Made by a program: the position numbers and the translations under genes. The notes under the pieces are model-generated. The model did not search any database and was not told the origin of the DNA. It saw only the letters and a program-made list of their open reading frames with translations. Shown piece after piece: positions 25,002-34,470 of a stretch of DNA of 64,000 bases; within the stretch, counting starts at the first letter, position 1, and the number at the start of each line of letters is the position of its first letter. The stretch spans positions 48,420 through 112,419 of the forward strand of contig JBGTIP010000017.1 in assembly GCA_041745615.1 (NCBI GenBank), written 5' to 3'. The stretch comes from Pyrinomonadaceae bacterium. GTDB lineage: Bacteria; Acidobacteriota; Blastocatellia; Pyrinomonadales; Pyrinomonadaceae.

Positions 25002-26654
25002 ATGAAACTTACCAAGAGATTCGCGACATTGACGCTCGCTGCCCTTACGGCGTCATTTCCTTCTTTCGCTCAGGTACCGGACAAACAAAAGGTCGTCGCA
25101 GGTGCTGAACGTGCATTCGAAAAAGCGTCAAAAAGTGTGACGATCCCCGCACCGGGCTGTGCCGTGGGGGTTTCGGTCAATGGAGAGTCTGTTTTTGAGA
25201 AGGCATTCGGTCTGGCCGAGATGGAGCACAACGTTCCGAATACGGCGCAGACGATATTCGAATCGGGGTCCGTCGCCAAGCAGTTTACGGCCGCCGCACT
25301 TGTGCTGCTCCAGCAGGACGGAAAGCTGAAGCTGGACGATCCCGTCCGGAAATACATACCCGAATTGCCGGAATACGACAAGCCCGTTACGATACGCCAT
25401 CTCCTGAATCACACCGCCGGATTGCGCGATTGGGGGTCGGTCATGGCACTCACGGGGGCGGGACGGGGTGCGAGGGCCATTACGCAAGACATCGCATTCG
25501 ACGTAATCATTCGGCAGAAAGCTCTGGACTTTACGCCCGGGGCCGAGTACTCGTATTCGAACAGCGGGTATCAGCTGGCCGCCGTCATAATCGGACGTGT
25601 TGGGAAACAGAAGTTTGCGGATTTCGTTGGCGAGCGGTTATTCAGGCCGCTTGGTATGACAAAGAGCTCCTGGCGGGACGATTACCAGCGTCTGGTGTCG
25701 GGCCGTGCCCAAGGGTATTCGCGGCAGGGCCAAAATGCGCCGTGGCAGTCGAACATGCCCTTCATGAGCGTGTACGGCAACGGCGGAATGCTTACCACGG
25801 TTGGCGACTGGCTGAAATGGAACGCAATGCTCGATTCGCGTTCGATGGGCGGGTCGTTGGTTGATGCACTTGAAACGCAAGGTGTGCTAAACGACGGGCG
25901 TAAGATCAGCTATGCGCTCGGCCTCGTTGTCGATAAATACAGAGATATGAGAGATATCTCGCACGGGGGTTCGACGGCCGGATACCAAACGTTTCTGGCT
26001 CGCTATCCTGATCAAAAGGTGTCGGTCGCCGTGCTATGCAACGGCACCAGCCCGAGCGCCGGCAGTCTTGCCGCGGCGGTCACTGACGAGATCTTCGGGC
26101 CGTATCCTCAAGTGTCTCCTCCCGCTCCCGGTGCGACCATTTCAGAAGAGCACCTGAAGAAGTTCGTCGGTGTCTGGAAGAATGAAAAGACGCGATTTCC
26201 CGGCCGTTTTTCTTTTGACAGCGGCACACTCCGTTTTAACGGCCAGCCGGTGCGGCCGGTTTCTGAAGACACGTTTATGCTGGGCGGTACCCGCGTCAAA
26301 TTCACATTTGATAAGGATGGAAAGCCGATCTCCGGCGATGGGAATAATAACGGTGACCTCACCCGGTTCACTGCTCACGAACCCTGGTCACCGTCTGCGC
26401 CTGACCTGGCGGAATTTGCCGGCGACTGGTACAGCGAGGAGGCCCAGGCGACATTCACCTTTGCTGTCGAGGGCGACAAAGCCTTCATCGTGCAGCGGCC
26501 GATAGCTAAGATACCGCTTCAGCCGCTGTACAAGGACCATTTCATGGCACAGGGCTATGTGGTATGGGTAACCCGCGACAATTCCGGCAAGATCGACGCT
26601 CTCCATGTAGGTGCAGGGCGAATGCGTGATATGTTATTCGCACGGGTCAAATGA
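25002..26654 (+). CDS. Serine hydrolase, beta-lactamase/PBP4-like family, with C-terminal extension
   Basis: 550 aa. Signal peptide. S-x-x-K motif SGSVAKQF and YSNSGY (Y-x-N). Confidence 0.8.
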   Translation: MKLTKRFATLTLAALTASFPSFAQVPDKQKVVAGAERAFEKASKSVTIPAPGCAVGVSVNGESVFEKAFGLAEMEHNVPNTAQTIFESGSVAKQFTAAALVLLQQDGKLKLDDPVRKYIPELPEYDKPVTIRHLLNHTAGLRDWGSVMALTGAGRGARAITQDIAFDVIIRQKALDFTPGAEYSYSNSGYQLAAVIIGRVGKQKFADFVGERLFRPLGMTKSSWRDDYQRLVSGRAQGYSRQGQNAPWQSNMPFMSVYGNGGMLTTVGDWLKWNAMLDSRSMGGSLVDALETQGVLNDGRKISYALGLVVDKYRDMRDISHGGSTAGYQTFLARYPDQKVSVAVLCNGTSPSAGSLAAAVTDEIFGPYPQVSPPAPGATISEEHLKKFVGVWKNEKTRFPGRFSFDSGTLRFNGQPVRPVSEDTFMLGGTRVKFTFDKDGKPISGDGNNNGDLTRFTAHEPWSPSAPDLAEFAGDWYSEEAQATFTFAVEGDKAFIVQRPIAKIPLQPLYKDHFMAQGYVVWVTRDNSGKIDALHVGAGRMRDMLFARVK

Positions 26655-26705
26655 CGCGCAATTCGAAATCGCTAGAAAAGGGTGATATCACGAATCATAG
26701 AGTTC

Positions 26706-28088
26706 ATGACACCCGTAATGAGCGGCACTCAAACAATGACTGCAGTATCTCGAAGAGAATTCATTGCTGGTACGGTCGGCTCTGCCGTGGCCGCCAATTC
26801 GATGTTGGCGCAAGGGCGGGACAGCGGTGACACTCGTCCAAACATCGTTTTCATTCTCGCCGACGACTTAGGATGGGGCGACTTGAGCTGTTATGGCCGG
26901 CCTGATTACAAAACGCCCATAATCGATAAGCTCGCGACTCAGGGTATGCGTTTTACGAACGCTTATTCAGCCGCGGCGATCTGCACGCCTACACGTGTCG
27001 GATTTCATACGGGGCGATATCCTGCTCGGCTTGCGGTCGGAATCGAAGAACCGATCCAAACGCGAACGATGCTCGGCGACCGCGTAAAAACTGTCGGAAT
27101 TCCACACGAACATCCGACGGTTTCCTCACTCATCAAAACTGCCGGCTACGAAACCGCGCTGATCGGCAAATGGCATCTGGGCTACCTGCCCGATTTTGGC
27201 CCGAAGAGATTCGGCTTCGACGAGTTTTTTGGCATCATGAGCGGTGCCGCTGATCACTTTTCGCATACAGATCCCGCGGGTGAGCCCGATCTATATGAAG
27301 GGGATGTGCCCGTTGAACGGGTGGGATATATCACCGATCTCTTTACAGACCGCGCCGCTGAATATATAAAGCGGCCCCATAAAAAACCATTCTACCTAAG
27401 TCTTCATTACACCTCTCCTCACTGGCCCTGGCAGGGGCCTAACGATAAAGCCACGGCCGGAAAGTTCAAACACGGACCCGTCGGTTACTCTGCCGGAGGT
27501 TCACTGAAGATATACGCCGAGATGATTAAAAGCCTCGACGCGGGCGTGGGAAAGGTGACGAATGCGTTGAAAGCGGCGGGGCTGGAGAAAAATACCCTCG
27601 TGATTTTTACAAGCGATAACGGCGGCGAGAGATTTTCTTATAACTGGCCTTTCTCGGGCCAGAAAGGCGACTTGCGGGAAGGCGGCACTCGTGTCCCTGG
27701 CATCGTGAGGTGGCCTGGCGTGACCGCAACAGGCACGGTGAGCGATCAGCCCGTGATCACCATGGACTGGACCGCAACAATGATCGCCGCCGCAGGCGGA
27801 AAACCGAACGCGAAATACCCGTTGGATGGTGTAGACATTACTCGCTTTTTTAGCGGCAAGCGCCCGATATTCGATCGAACATTCTTCTGGCGCACTCGCC
27901 GACAAGGCTCCGTGCGTCGCGGCAAGTGGAAATATCTTCGCGATTGGCCAAATGAATTTCTCTTCGACCTAAGCGTGGACCAACGCGAGCAAGCAAACTT
28001 CGCAGAGACTGAGCCGGCATTGCTCGAACAACTGCGTTCCGCATTTCAACAATGGGAATCGGGTATGCATAGGTACCCGACTGTCTAA
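26706..28088 (+). CDS. Arylsulfatase-family sulfatase with Tat-like signal (start uncertain, 26682-26736)
   Basis: SRREFIAGTVG twin-arginine region. FILADDLGWGDL and the formylglycine motif CTPTRVGFHTGR. Confidence 0.85.
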   Translation: MTPVMSGTQTMTAVSRREFIAGTVGSAVAANSMLAQGRDSGDTRPNIVFILADDLGWGDLSCYGRPDYKTPIIDKLATQGMRFTNAYSAAAICTPTRVGFHTGRYPARLAVGIEEPIQTRTMLGDRVKTVGIPHEHPTVSSLIKTAGYETALIGKWHLGYLPDFGPKRFGFDEFFGIMSGAADHFSHTDPAGEPDLYEGDVPVERVGYITDLFTDRAAEYIKRPHKKPFYLSLHYTSPHWPWQGPNDKATAGKFKHGPVGYSAGGSLKIYAEMIKSLDAGVGKVTNALKAAGLEKNTLVIFTSDNGGERFSYNWPFSGQKGDLREGGTRVPGIVRWPGVTATGTVSDQPVITMDWTATMIAAAGGKPNAKYPLDGVDITRFFSGKRPIFDRTFFWRTRRQGSVRRGKWKYLRDWPNEFLFDLSVDQREQANFAETEPALLEQLRSAFQQWESGMHRYPTV

Positions 28089-28101
28089 GCGATCAGTAGA
28101 T

Positions 28102-29481
28102 ATGAAAACACTCATTAAATCAGGCCGTGTGGTCACCGCTGTTGACGACTATCGCGCAGATATTTTCATCGACGGCGAGACTGTGTCGACTATAGGCAAG
28201 ACGCTGGATATGGAGGCGGATGTTGTTATTGATGCTTCGGGAAAGCTGGTGATTCCCGGCGGGATCGATCCGCATACGCACATGGAACTGCCTTTTGGCG
28301 GGACGCATTCGTCGGACGATTTTTTTACCGGAACGCGGGCGGCGGCGTTTGGGGGGACGACGACGATCATTGATTTTGCGGTACAGACCAAGGGCGAATC
28401 GATGACCGCGGGCGTCGATTCGTGGCACAAAAAAGCCGAGGGCAAGACGGCGATCGACTACGGGTTTCATCTCATCACTACGGATTTCGAAGACGGCGAT
28501 GAGAAGGAAATGTACTCGCTGATGGACGAGGGGATTACGTCGTTCAAGCTGTTCATGGCGTATCCGGGAGTGTTTTTGGCGGACGACGGTACGATCTTTC
28601 GGGCGATGTCGGCGGCGGGGCAGCGAGGCGGGCTGATCTGCATGCACGCCGAGAACGGCATCGTCATCAATGAGATCATAAAGCGGTTTCTCGCAGATGG
28701 CCGGACGGCTCCCAAATATCATGCACTGACAAGGCCCACAATAGCCGAGGCCGAAGGCGTCCATCGTGCCATCGCAATTGCCGAAATGGCCGAATCGCCC
28801 GTTTACATCGTGCACCTTTCTTGTACCGATGCATTGAATCAGGTGCGGCAGGCTCGCGACCGTGGTATTCCGGCGTTTGCCGAGACTTGTCCTCAGTATC
28901 TTTTCCATTCGATAGACGATTACGGCGACGGCTGGGAAGGTGCGAAATATGTCATGACGCCGCCACTGCGCGAAAAACACAATCAAGCCGAACTGTGGAA
29001 AGGCCTAAAGATGGATGATCTGCAGGTGATCTCGACCGACCATTGCCCGTTCTGCATGAAAGAGCAAAAAGAGCTTGGTGTGAACGACTTTTCAAAGATC
29101 CCGAACGGTGCTCCCGGCGTCGAGAACCGCCTCGCTCTCATCTACAACGGCGGAGTCGTAGAGAATCGTATCTCGCTCAATCGCTTTGTCGAATTAACGT
29201 CGACCGCCGCGGCGAAAATGTTCGGCCTGTTCCCCAAGAAAGGTACGATCGCCGTCGGTTCTGACGCGGACATCGTCATCTTCGATCCCGAAAAAGAACA
29301 TGCCTTCGGCGTCGAAAACGAGCACATGAATGTTGATTATTCCTCATACGAAGGCTGGAGAGTAAAAGGCAAGGTCGAGACTGTCCTCTCACGCGGACGC
29401 GTTGTCATCGAGAACGGCGAACATAAGGGCAAAGCCGGCGACGGGCAGTTCCTCAAACGCGGCGAATGCGTGAAAATCTAG
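28102..29481 (+). CDS. Dihydropyrimidinase / D-hydantoinase
   Basis: 459 aa. GGIDPHTHMELPF metal-binding start, FKLFMAY (carboxylated lysine region) and STDHCPF. Cyclic amidohydrolase pattern. Confidence 0.85.
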   Translation: MKTLIKSGRVVTAVDDYRADIFIDGETVSTIGKTLDMEADVVIDASGKLVIPGGIDPHTHMELPFGGTHSSDDFFTGTRAAAFGGTTTIIDFAVQTKGESMTAGVDSWHKKAEGKTAIDYGFHLITTDFEDGDEKEMYSLMDEGITSFKLFMAYPGVFLADDGTIFRAMSAAGQRGGLICMHAENGIVINEIIKRFLADGRTAPKYHALTRPTIAEAEGVHRAIAIAEMAESPVYIVHLSCTDALNQVRQARDRGIPAFAETCPQYLFHSIDDYGDGWEGAKYVMTPPLREKHNQAELWKGLKMDDLQVISTDHCPFCMKEQKELGVNDFSKIPNGAPGVENRLALIYNGGVVENRISLNRFVELTSTAAAKMFGLFPKKGTIAVGSDADIVIFDPEKEHAFGVENEHMNVDYSSYEGWRVKGKVETVLSRGRVVIENGEHKGKAGDGQFLKRGECVKI

Positions 29482-29801
29482 GCTGTCGAATTAAAGATAG
29501 ACGATTTCACCGACTTCGTCCGAAAATCGTCGGGCGATGGACATCCTCTAAAACGATAACCTCACTAATTTGCGGTCGCTCCTTTTGTTCAGCATCTTCC
29601 CAGGAACCCGCTTCGATCATTTCTCATCGCGAAGGTCGGCAGGCAGCTTATTTTAACATTTCAACGTTCGACTGCTTGGCGTGATCGAGATCACTATTAT
29701 TCCAAAAAGTATTGAAGTCGTGTAACATCTACGTGATCTTTATAGATAGTATTCCGGCCGAAAACAATCCCGTTTTGCAGACCGCTTGATCGCGCTGTTG
29801 A

Positions 29802-32768
29802 ATGATGAGCCTTAGCGAAGGTGCTACATTAGGTCGTTATGTGATCCGTTCCCGAATAGGGGCCGGGGGCATGGGAGTCGTGTACCTTGCAGAGGACGCC
29901 AGTCTTAGCCGTAAGGTCGCACTGAAAATAATGCCTCGCGAGATTGCGGAGGATGCCAATCGGGTCCGCAGGTTCGTTCAGGAAGCAAAGGCGGCGTCTG
30001 GCCTTACCCATCAAAATATCCTTACCGTATTCGACATCGGTGATTTTGAGGGTTCCAAATACATCGCTACCGAATACATTCGCGGCGTGACCCTGGGTGA
30101 ACGTATGCGACAGCAGCCGCCTCTGTTGCTGATCGAGGCCCTCGATATCGCTCTTCAGGCGGCTTCAGCTTTGGGCGCGGCTCATGAGGCGGGGATCATC
30201 CATCGCGATGTTAAACCGGAAAACATAATGATCCGGGACGACGGCTTGGTCAAGGTGCTGGATTTCGGGCTTGCCAAGCTGCTCTCTTTTGACGAGGTCC
30301 CCGGCGGGAATGAGAAGGATACGCTGCTCGCGGGCCCCGAGCAGGCTTCAGGTTCGACGCCCCGTACTGAGCCCGGGATCGTGATGGGCACGGTCTCGTA
30401 TATGTCGCCCGAACAGGCACGCGGCCGCGCCCTGGACACCAGAACAGATATATTCAGCTTCGGGATCGTTCTTTATGAATTGTTTGCCGGCCGACGCCCG
30501 TTCACCGGCGAGGGGCATTTGGATCAGATCAGCTCGATATTGAAGGACGATCCGACGCCGCTCCGGCAGGTGTCGCCCTCGGTGCCGCGCGAACTTGAAC
30601 GCATCGTTAACAAGACGCTGCGAAAGGACCGGGACCATAGGTACCAGCATATCAAGGACCTGGAGATCGACCTTGAGGACATTAGGGAGGAGCTGAAATT
30701 CGAGGCGAAGCTCAATAAGACAGTCGACCAGGCAGTGCCTGCCGCGGTTACGGAACAGCGCGGCACCCGTCCGACACTGACCGAAAGCCTTTCTACCACT
30801 CGCCGTTTCACTCTGCTCCACGCAATAATCTTCATACTCATCTCCGCCGGGATCGTGGCGGCAGTGTGGACGTTCAGATCGAGCCTCGGGATACAGTCGA
30901 CGTCGGGGGCCGCGATCAAGACCGTGGAGATTGCGAGTTGGAGCAGTGCCCCGGGCGAGATATTTGCCACCGCGCGTTTTTCACCGGATGCAAAGATGAT
31001 CGCTTTTGCCTCGACCAAATCCGGAACCAAAAACATCTGGGTGACCCAGACCACTTCGAAAGAAGGTATCCAGGTTACAAATGACGCTTTCGCGAATACC
31101 GATCCTATTTGGTCGCCAAAAGGTGATGAAATCGCCTTTTTTTCCCAGCGCCCCGGTGCGACTGACGGCTACTCAACGGGCATCTGGAGAGTCTCGGCTT
31201 TAGGGGGCGGAGCTCCGCGGGCTGTCGGGCCGGTCAAGGATGGAAGCGCCCTACTTAGGAGATGGACCGAGTCGGGAAAGATCTATTTCCAATCCGGAGG
31301 CGAACTGCATTCGATCGACGTGGCGACGGGAGCCACGCAGCAAGTCAGCTCACTGAAGGACCAGGGGCGGGTACTGTGGGTAGACATCTCAGACGATGAA
31401 AAGTCATTGGCATACGCTTTTTCATCTGAAGGCAACTGGAGCCTGCATGTCAACAATTTGGCGATGACGGACCCATCTGAGATAGCAAATGGAACCGGGC
31501 CTATCCGGGGTTTTGTATGGGTTCCTGCAAAAGTACGGTTCTTCATCAGCCCTCAGATAGACGGCGTATATCAAACCTCGATGATCGATGTTTCCGGCAC
31601 TCCGGTGCAGCTCACGGCCGCAGATTCTGACAGTGTAGTGGTCGAGGCTTCGAATGACGGGCGTTCTGTGATCATAAGCTCCGCTAAGGAGGGCTCCGAT
31701 GTTTGGAAGGTCTCGGTCGCTGACGGCGTCGAATCCCCCATCATACGCGACCTGAACGCAAAATTATGGCCCGCGGTCTCGCCCGATAACCAGAAAGTCA
31801 TATTCCAGTCCATAAGAAATCTCAACCGCGGCAGCAACCTATTCGAAGGCGGTTTAATGGCCATTCCGGTCCAGCCCAAGGGGTCCGCGGGTACCCCCAC
31901 CGTCATTGCCGACCAAGCCTCCCTTCCGGCATGGTCTCCCAAGGGCGACAGGATCGCGTTTCTTAGGAAGACAGGTGACACTCTCGGACTCATTACCGTC
32001 GATGCCGCGGGCGGCGGCGAGCGCAGCTTACTGGCTGACGGGATTCCTGTGGTGGCATACTCGGTGTCACCCTATAACATCGTTCAAACCAATCCTTTCG
32101 CCTGGTCACCGGATGGGGCCGGCATAGCGGTGGTGACCAATAAGGGCGGCGTCAGCGATATGAAGCTGGTGTCGATAACAGACCGGGGCGAAAGATCGCT
32201 AACAAAGAACACTGACAGCGCGGTCTCATTTTATTGCCCGGTCTGGTCCTCAGACGGACGGCGGCTTGCATTCCAGTTCCAAAAAAAGAATCCTCAAGCC
32301 GATAAACCTCAATTGACCGGATTGGGCGTTATCGATCTGTCGGTCTCCTCGGTCGCTTTTATTGTCGAAAGCGAGAAACCCATCCGCCTGATCGGCTGGA
32401 CACCTGAGGAAAACAGCCTTATCTTTGCAGAAACCCAAAGACGAGCCGATGGTCTCCCGCCGGAAACTACATTGAAACAGGCTGCAGTTTCGGGCGGGTC
32501 GGTTAGCGATATTCGCGTATTGAAGAACGTGTATTACTACAATATCTTTCTTTCGGCCGACCGTAAGTTGGTGGCCTATGCAAGCCGGAATGATGAAAAG
32601 GACGATATCTGGGTAATGCCCATTAAAGGCGAACCGCGAAAGATCACTAACAATAACGACTCCTGGTTATATTTCTCCAGGCTTGCCTGGCTGCCCGATG
32701 GCAGTGCCATCGTTTTTGGAAAGCAAAATCGTTTTAGCTTGCTCTCAATGAGCACTGATATAGATTAA
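29802..32768 (+). CDS. Ser/Thr protein kinase with TM helix and TolB-like (PD40/WD40-like) beta-propeller sensor region
   Basis: 988 aa. GAGGMGVVYLA, HRDVKPENIM, DFGLAK, SPEQ. One TM helix (FTLLHAIIFILISAGIVAAVW). Repeated FSPDxxxIAF / WSPxGDxIAF motifs. Confidence 0.85.
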   Translation: MMSLSEGATLGRYVIRSRIGAGGMGVVYLAEDASLSRKVALKIMPREIAEDANRVRRFVQEAKAASGLTHQNILTVFDIGDFEGSKYIATEYIRGVTLGERMRQQPPLLLIEALDIALQAASALGAAHEAGIIHRDVKPENIMIRDDGLVKVLDFGLAKLLSFDEVPGGNEKDTLLAGPEQASGSTPRTEPGIVMGTVSYMSPEQARGRALDTRTDIFSFGIVLYELFAGRRPFTGEGHLDQISSILKDDPTPLRQVSPSVPRELERIVNKTLRKDRDHRYQHIKDLEIDLEDIREELKFEAKLNKTVDQAVPAAVTEQRGTRPTLTESLSTTRRFTLLHAIIFILISAGIVAAVWTFRSSLGIQSTSGAAIKTVEIASWSSAPGEIFATARFSPDAKMIAFASTKSGTKNIWVTQTTSKEGIQVTNDAFANTDPIWSPKGDEIAFFSQRPGATDGYSTGIWRVSALGGGAPRAVGPVKDGSALLRRWTESGKIYFQSGGELHSIDVATGATQQVSSLKDQGRVLWVDISDDEKSLAYAFSSEGNWSLHVNNLAMTDPSEIANGTGPIRGFVWVPAKVRFFISPQIDGVYQTSMIDVSGTPVQLTAADSDSVVVEASNDGRSVIISSAKEGSDVWKVSVADGVESPIIRDLNAKLWPAVSPDNQKVIFQSIRNLNRGSNLFEGGLMAIPVQPKGSAGTPTVIADQASLPAWSPKGDRIAFLRKTGDTLGLITVDAAGGGERSLLADGIPVVAYSVSPYNIVQTNPFAWSPDGAGIAVVTNKGGVSDMKLVSITDRGERSLTKNTDSAVSFYCPVWSSDGRRLAFQFQKKNPQADKPQLTGLGVIDLSVSSVAFIVESEKPIRLIGWTPEENSLIFAETQRRADGLPPETTLKQAAVSGGSVSDIRVLKNVYYYNIFLSADRKLVAYASRNDEKDDIWVMPIKGEPRKITNNNDSWLYFSRLAWLPDGSAIVFGKQNRFSLLSMSTDID

Positions 32769-32779
32769 CGGAGGATACT

Positions 32780-33310
32780 ATGAACAGACGATCTAACGGC
32801 CGATTCACTGCAGCTTTATTGGCAGTCATTTTCTTTGCCGCTCTCGGGGCGGCAGAGAGACCCACATTTGCGCAGTGTGAGGACGCAGATGCTTCGATCG
32901 TTGCCGCGATCTACGGCAAGATCAAAGCGGACAAGAATCTCGCTTCACAGATAAGGCATATAAATGTGACGTCACTAAATAGGGTAGCGAAACTGCAAGG
33001 CTGGGCAAAGACCCGCCGTGACAAAGGACGCATTATCGATTTTGCCATGAATGCAGATTGCGTAAAAATGGTGAATCCTAATGATTTCGCAGACGTTCCC
33101 CCGGATGGCGATGCTTTGCAGAGGACCGCAGGTTGTGGCGCCGGAATGAAACAATGCGGCGATCTTTGCATCCCTGAGTCGGAGGTCTGCAACATCGACG
33201 CATTCATGGGCAATTACCTTTTCAATCCCGGTAACGACAACTACGCTGTCCTACTCTCTGCGAAAGGTGGCGGGCTCGGTGAACAATGCGAGGCTTTCAG
33301 CTTGTTCTGA
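32780..33310 (+). CDS. Secreted BON-domain-like protein with Cys-rich C-terminus
   Basis: 176 aa. Signal peptide. DASIVAAIYGKIKADKNLASQIRHINVTSLNRVAKLQGWAKTRRDKGRIIDFAMNADCVKMVN fits the BON pattern. Confidence 0.5.
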   Translation: MNRRSNGRFTAALLAVIFFAALGAAERPTFAQCEDADASIVAAIYGKIKADKNLASQIRHINVTSLNRVAKLQGWAKTRRDKGRIIDFAMNADCVKMVNPNDFADVPPDGDALQRTAGCGAGMKQCGDLCIPESEVCNIDAFMGNYLFNPGNDNYAVLLSAKGGGLGEQCEAFSLF

Positions 33311-33459
33311 TACCTCAGGCCTTTATGGAGCTGGACCTGATCTGCGACCAGCGAATGCTAGAGAAGATGGGCGGGAGTTGATCCACGCTTTGCTTTTCTG
33401 GAGCAGCGGGTTGGAATTAATGATTTCGAATAATTTTGCGCATTTTCTAAGAGCGAAAA

Positions 33460-34422
33460 ATGAAACGATGTCCTGAATTCAGGTGGGATCATTGCGATGG
33501 CAGGCGAGCAGCGGGTCTCTTGCCGGGCGGGATAGGGCTCGAGGTTTTCGGATTGTGGCTTCTCGTGTTGATTGCTGCGGCAATGGCCTTAGCCCAGCAA
33601 GCGGCGCAGAACCCTTCACCGATGACCGATACGACGCGTCCGCATCGGCGGATAGCGAAAGTTGAGGCTCCCGGCCGACGCGCTGAATTAACGACTCTAA
33701 AAGGTGCCGTTTTATTTGCCGGGCCAAAAGTCAGGGCCGATAAGCCGGTTCCGCTCATTATACATTTCCACGGAGCGTCATGGCTGATTGAGCACCATAT
33801 CTCTAAGCATTTCCCCAGGGCTGTCTTGATCACGGTCAATCTTGGTTCCGGGTCGCGTGTTTACGGGACCCCTTTTGGTGAGGGCGATCTGTTTCAAAAT
33901 CTGATCGACGAAGCAGGCAAGGCTGTGGGCTCGAAGAAAGGCTGGTCATCGATTACGTTGGTCGGATTCTCGGCGGGCTACGGTGCTGTGCGGGCGATTC
34001 TCAGGCACGACCAGAATTTTCGGTTGGTGAACGGTGTCTTATTGCTCGACGGCATACATGCCAGCTATGTCCCGGAGGGTAGACGGCTCGCTGATGGCGG
34101 TACTATAAAGTCCGACGATCTCGATTCTTTTATTAAGTTTGCAAGTGAGGCGGTCGCCGGCAATAAGAAGTTTCTGATATCACACTCTGAGATATTCCCC
34201 GCTACGTATGCCAGTACAACGGAATGCGTCGATTATCTGATCTCGACACTCGGGCTTAAGCGAAAGGCGAAATTGAGGAACGGCCCGGTCGGAATGCAGC
34301 AGCTTAGCGAAATCGATGTGAAAGGATTTCATCTTCGCGGTTACGCCGGAAACACAGGCACCGACCACGGCGATCAGCTTCAGGATATGCCGGAATGGCT
34401 AAAGGTGTTAAAGGTAAAGTAG
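33460..34422 (+). CDS. Alpha/beta-hydrolase-like secreted/anchored protein; 5' end carries a degenerate zinc-ribbon start
   Basis: 320 aa. Hydrophobic segment VFGLWLLVLIAAAMALAQ, IIHFHGASW, and GFSAG nucleophile elbow. The first codons MKRCPEF mimic the MKRCPEC start of the next gene. The true start may be internal. Confidence 0.55.
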   Translation: MKRCPEFRWDHCDGRRAAGLLPGGIGLEVFGLWLLVLIAAAMALAQQAAQNPSPMTDTTRPHRRIAKVEAPGRRAELTTLKGAVLFAGPKVRADKPVPLIIHFHGASWLIEHHISKHFPRAVLITVNLGSGSRVYGTPFGEGDLFQNLIDEAGKAVGSKKGWSSITLVGFSAGYGAVRAILRHDQNFRLVNGVLLLDGIHASYVPEGRRLADGGTIKSDDLDSFIKFASEAVAGNKKFLISHSEIFPATYASTTECVDYLISTLGLKRKAKLRNGPVGMQQLSEIDVKGFHLRGYAGNTGTDHGDQLQDMPEWLKVLKVK

Positions 34423-34470
34423 CCGCTTAAATTATTGTCGAAGGCCAGGTTTCGGCCTGGCAAAGATCTT

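Noticed and set aside
28120-28986. 288-aa minus-strand ORF
   Set aside because: It is antisense to the well-supported dihydropyrimidinase gene. The translation is Arg-rich and low complexity.
29482-29801. 320-nt gap after dihydropyrimidinase as an ncRNA locus (hairpin GACGATTT...AAATCGTC at about 29500-29532; 72-aa ORF 29466-29684)
   Set aside because: The hairpin lacks a U-tract and the ORF has no RBS or coding-like composition. I recognised nothing in the region, so it is treated as a kinase promoter/leader region.
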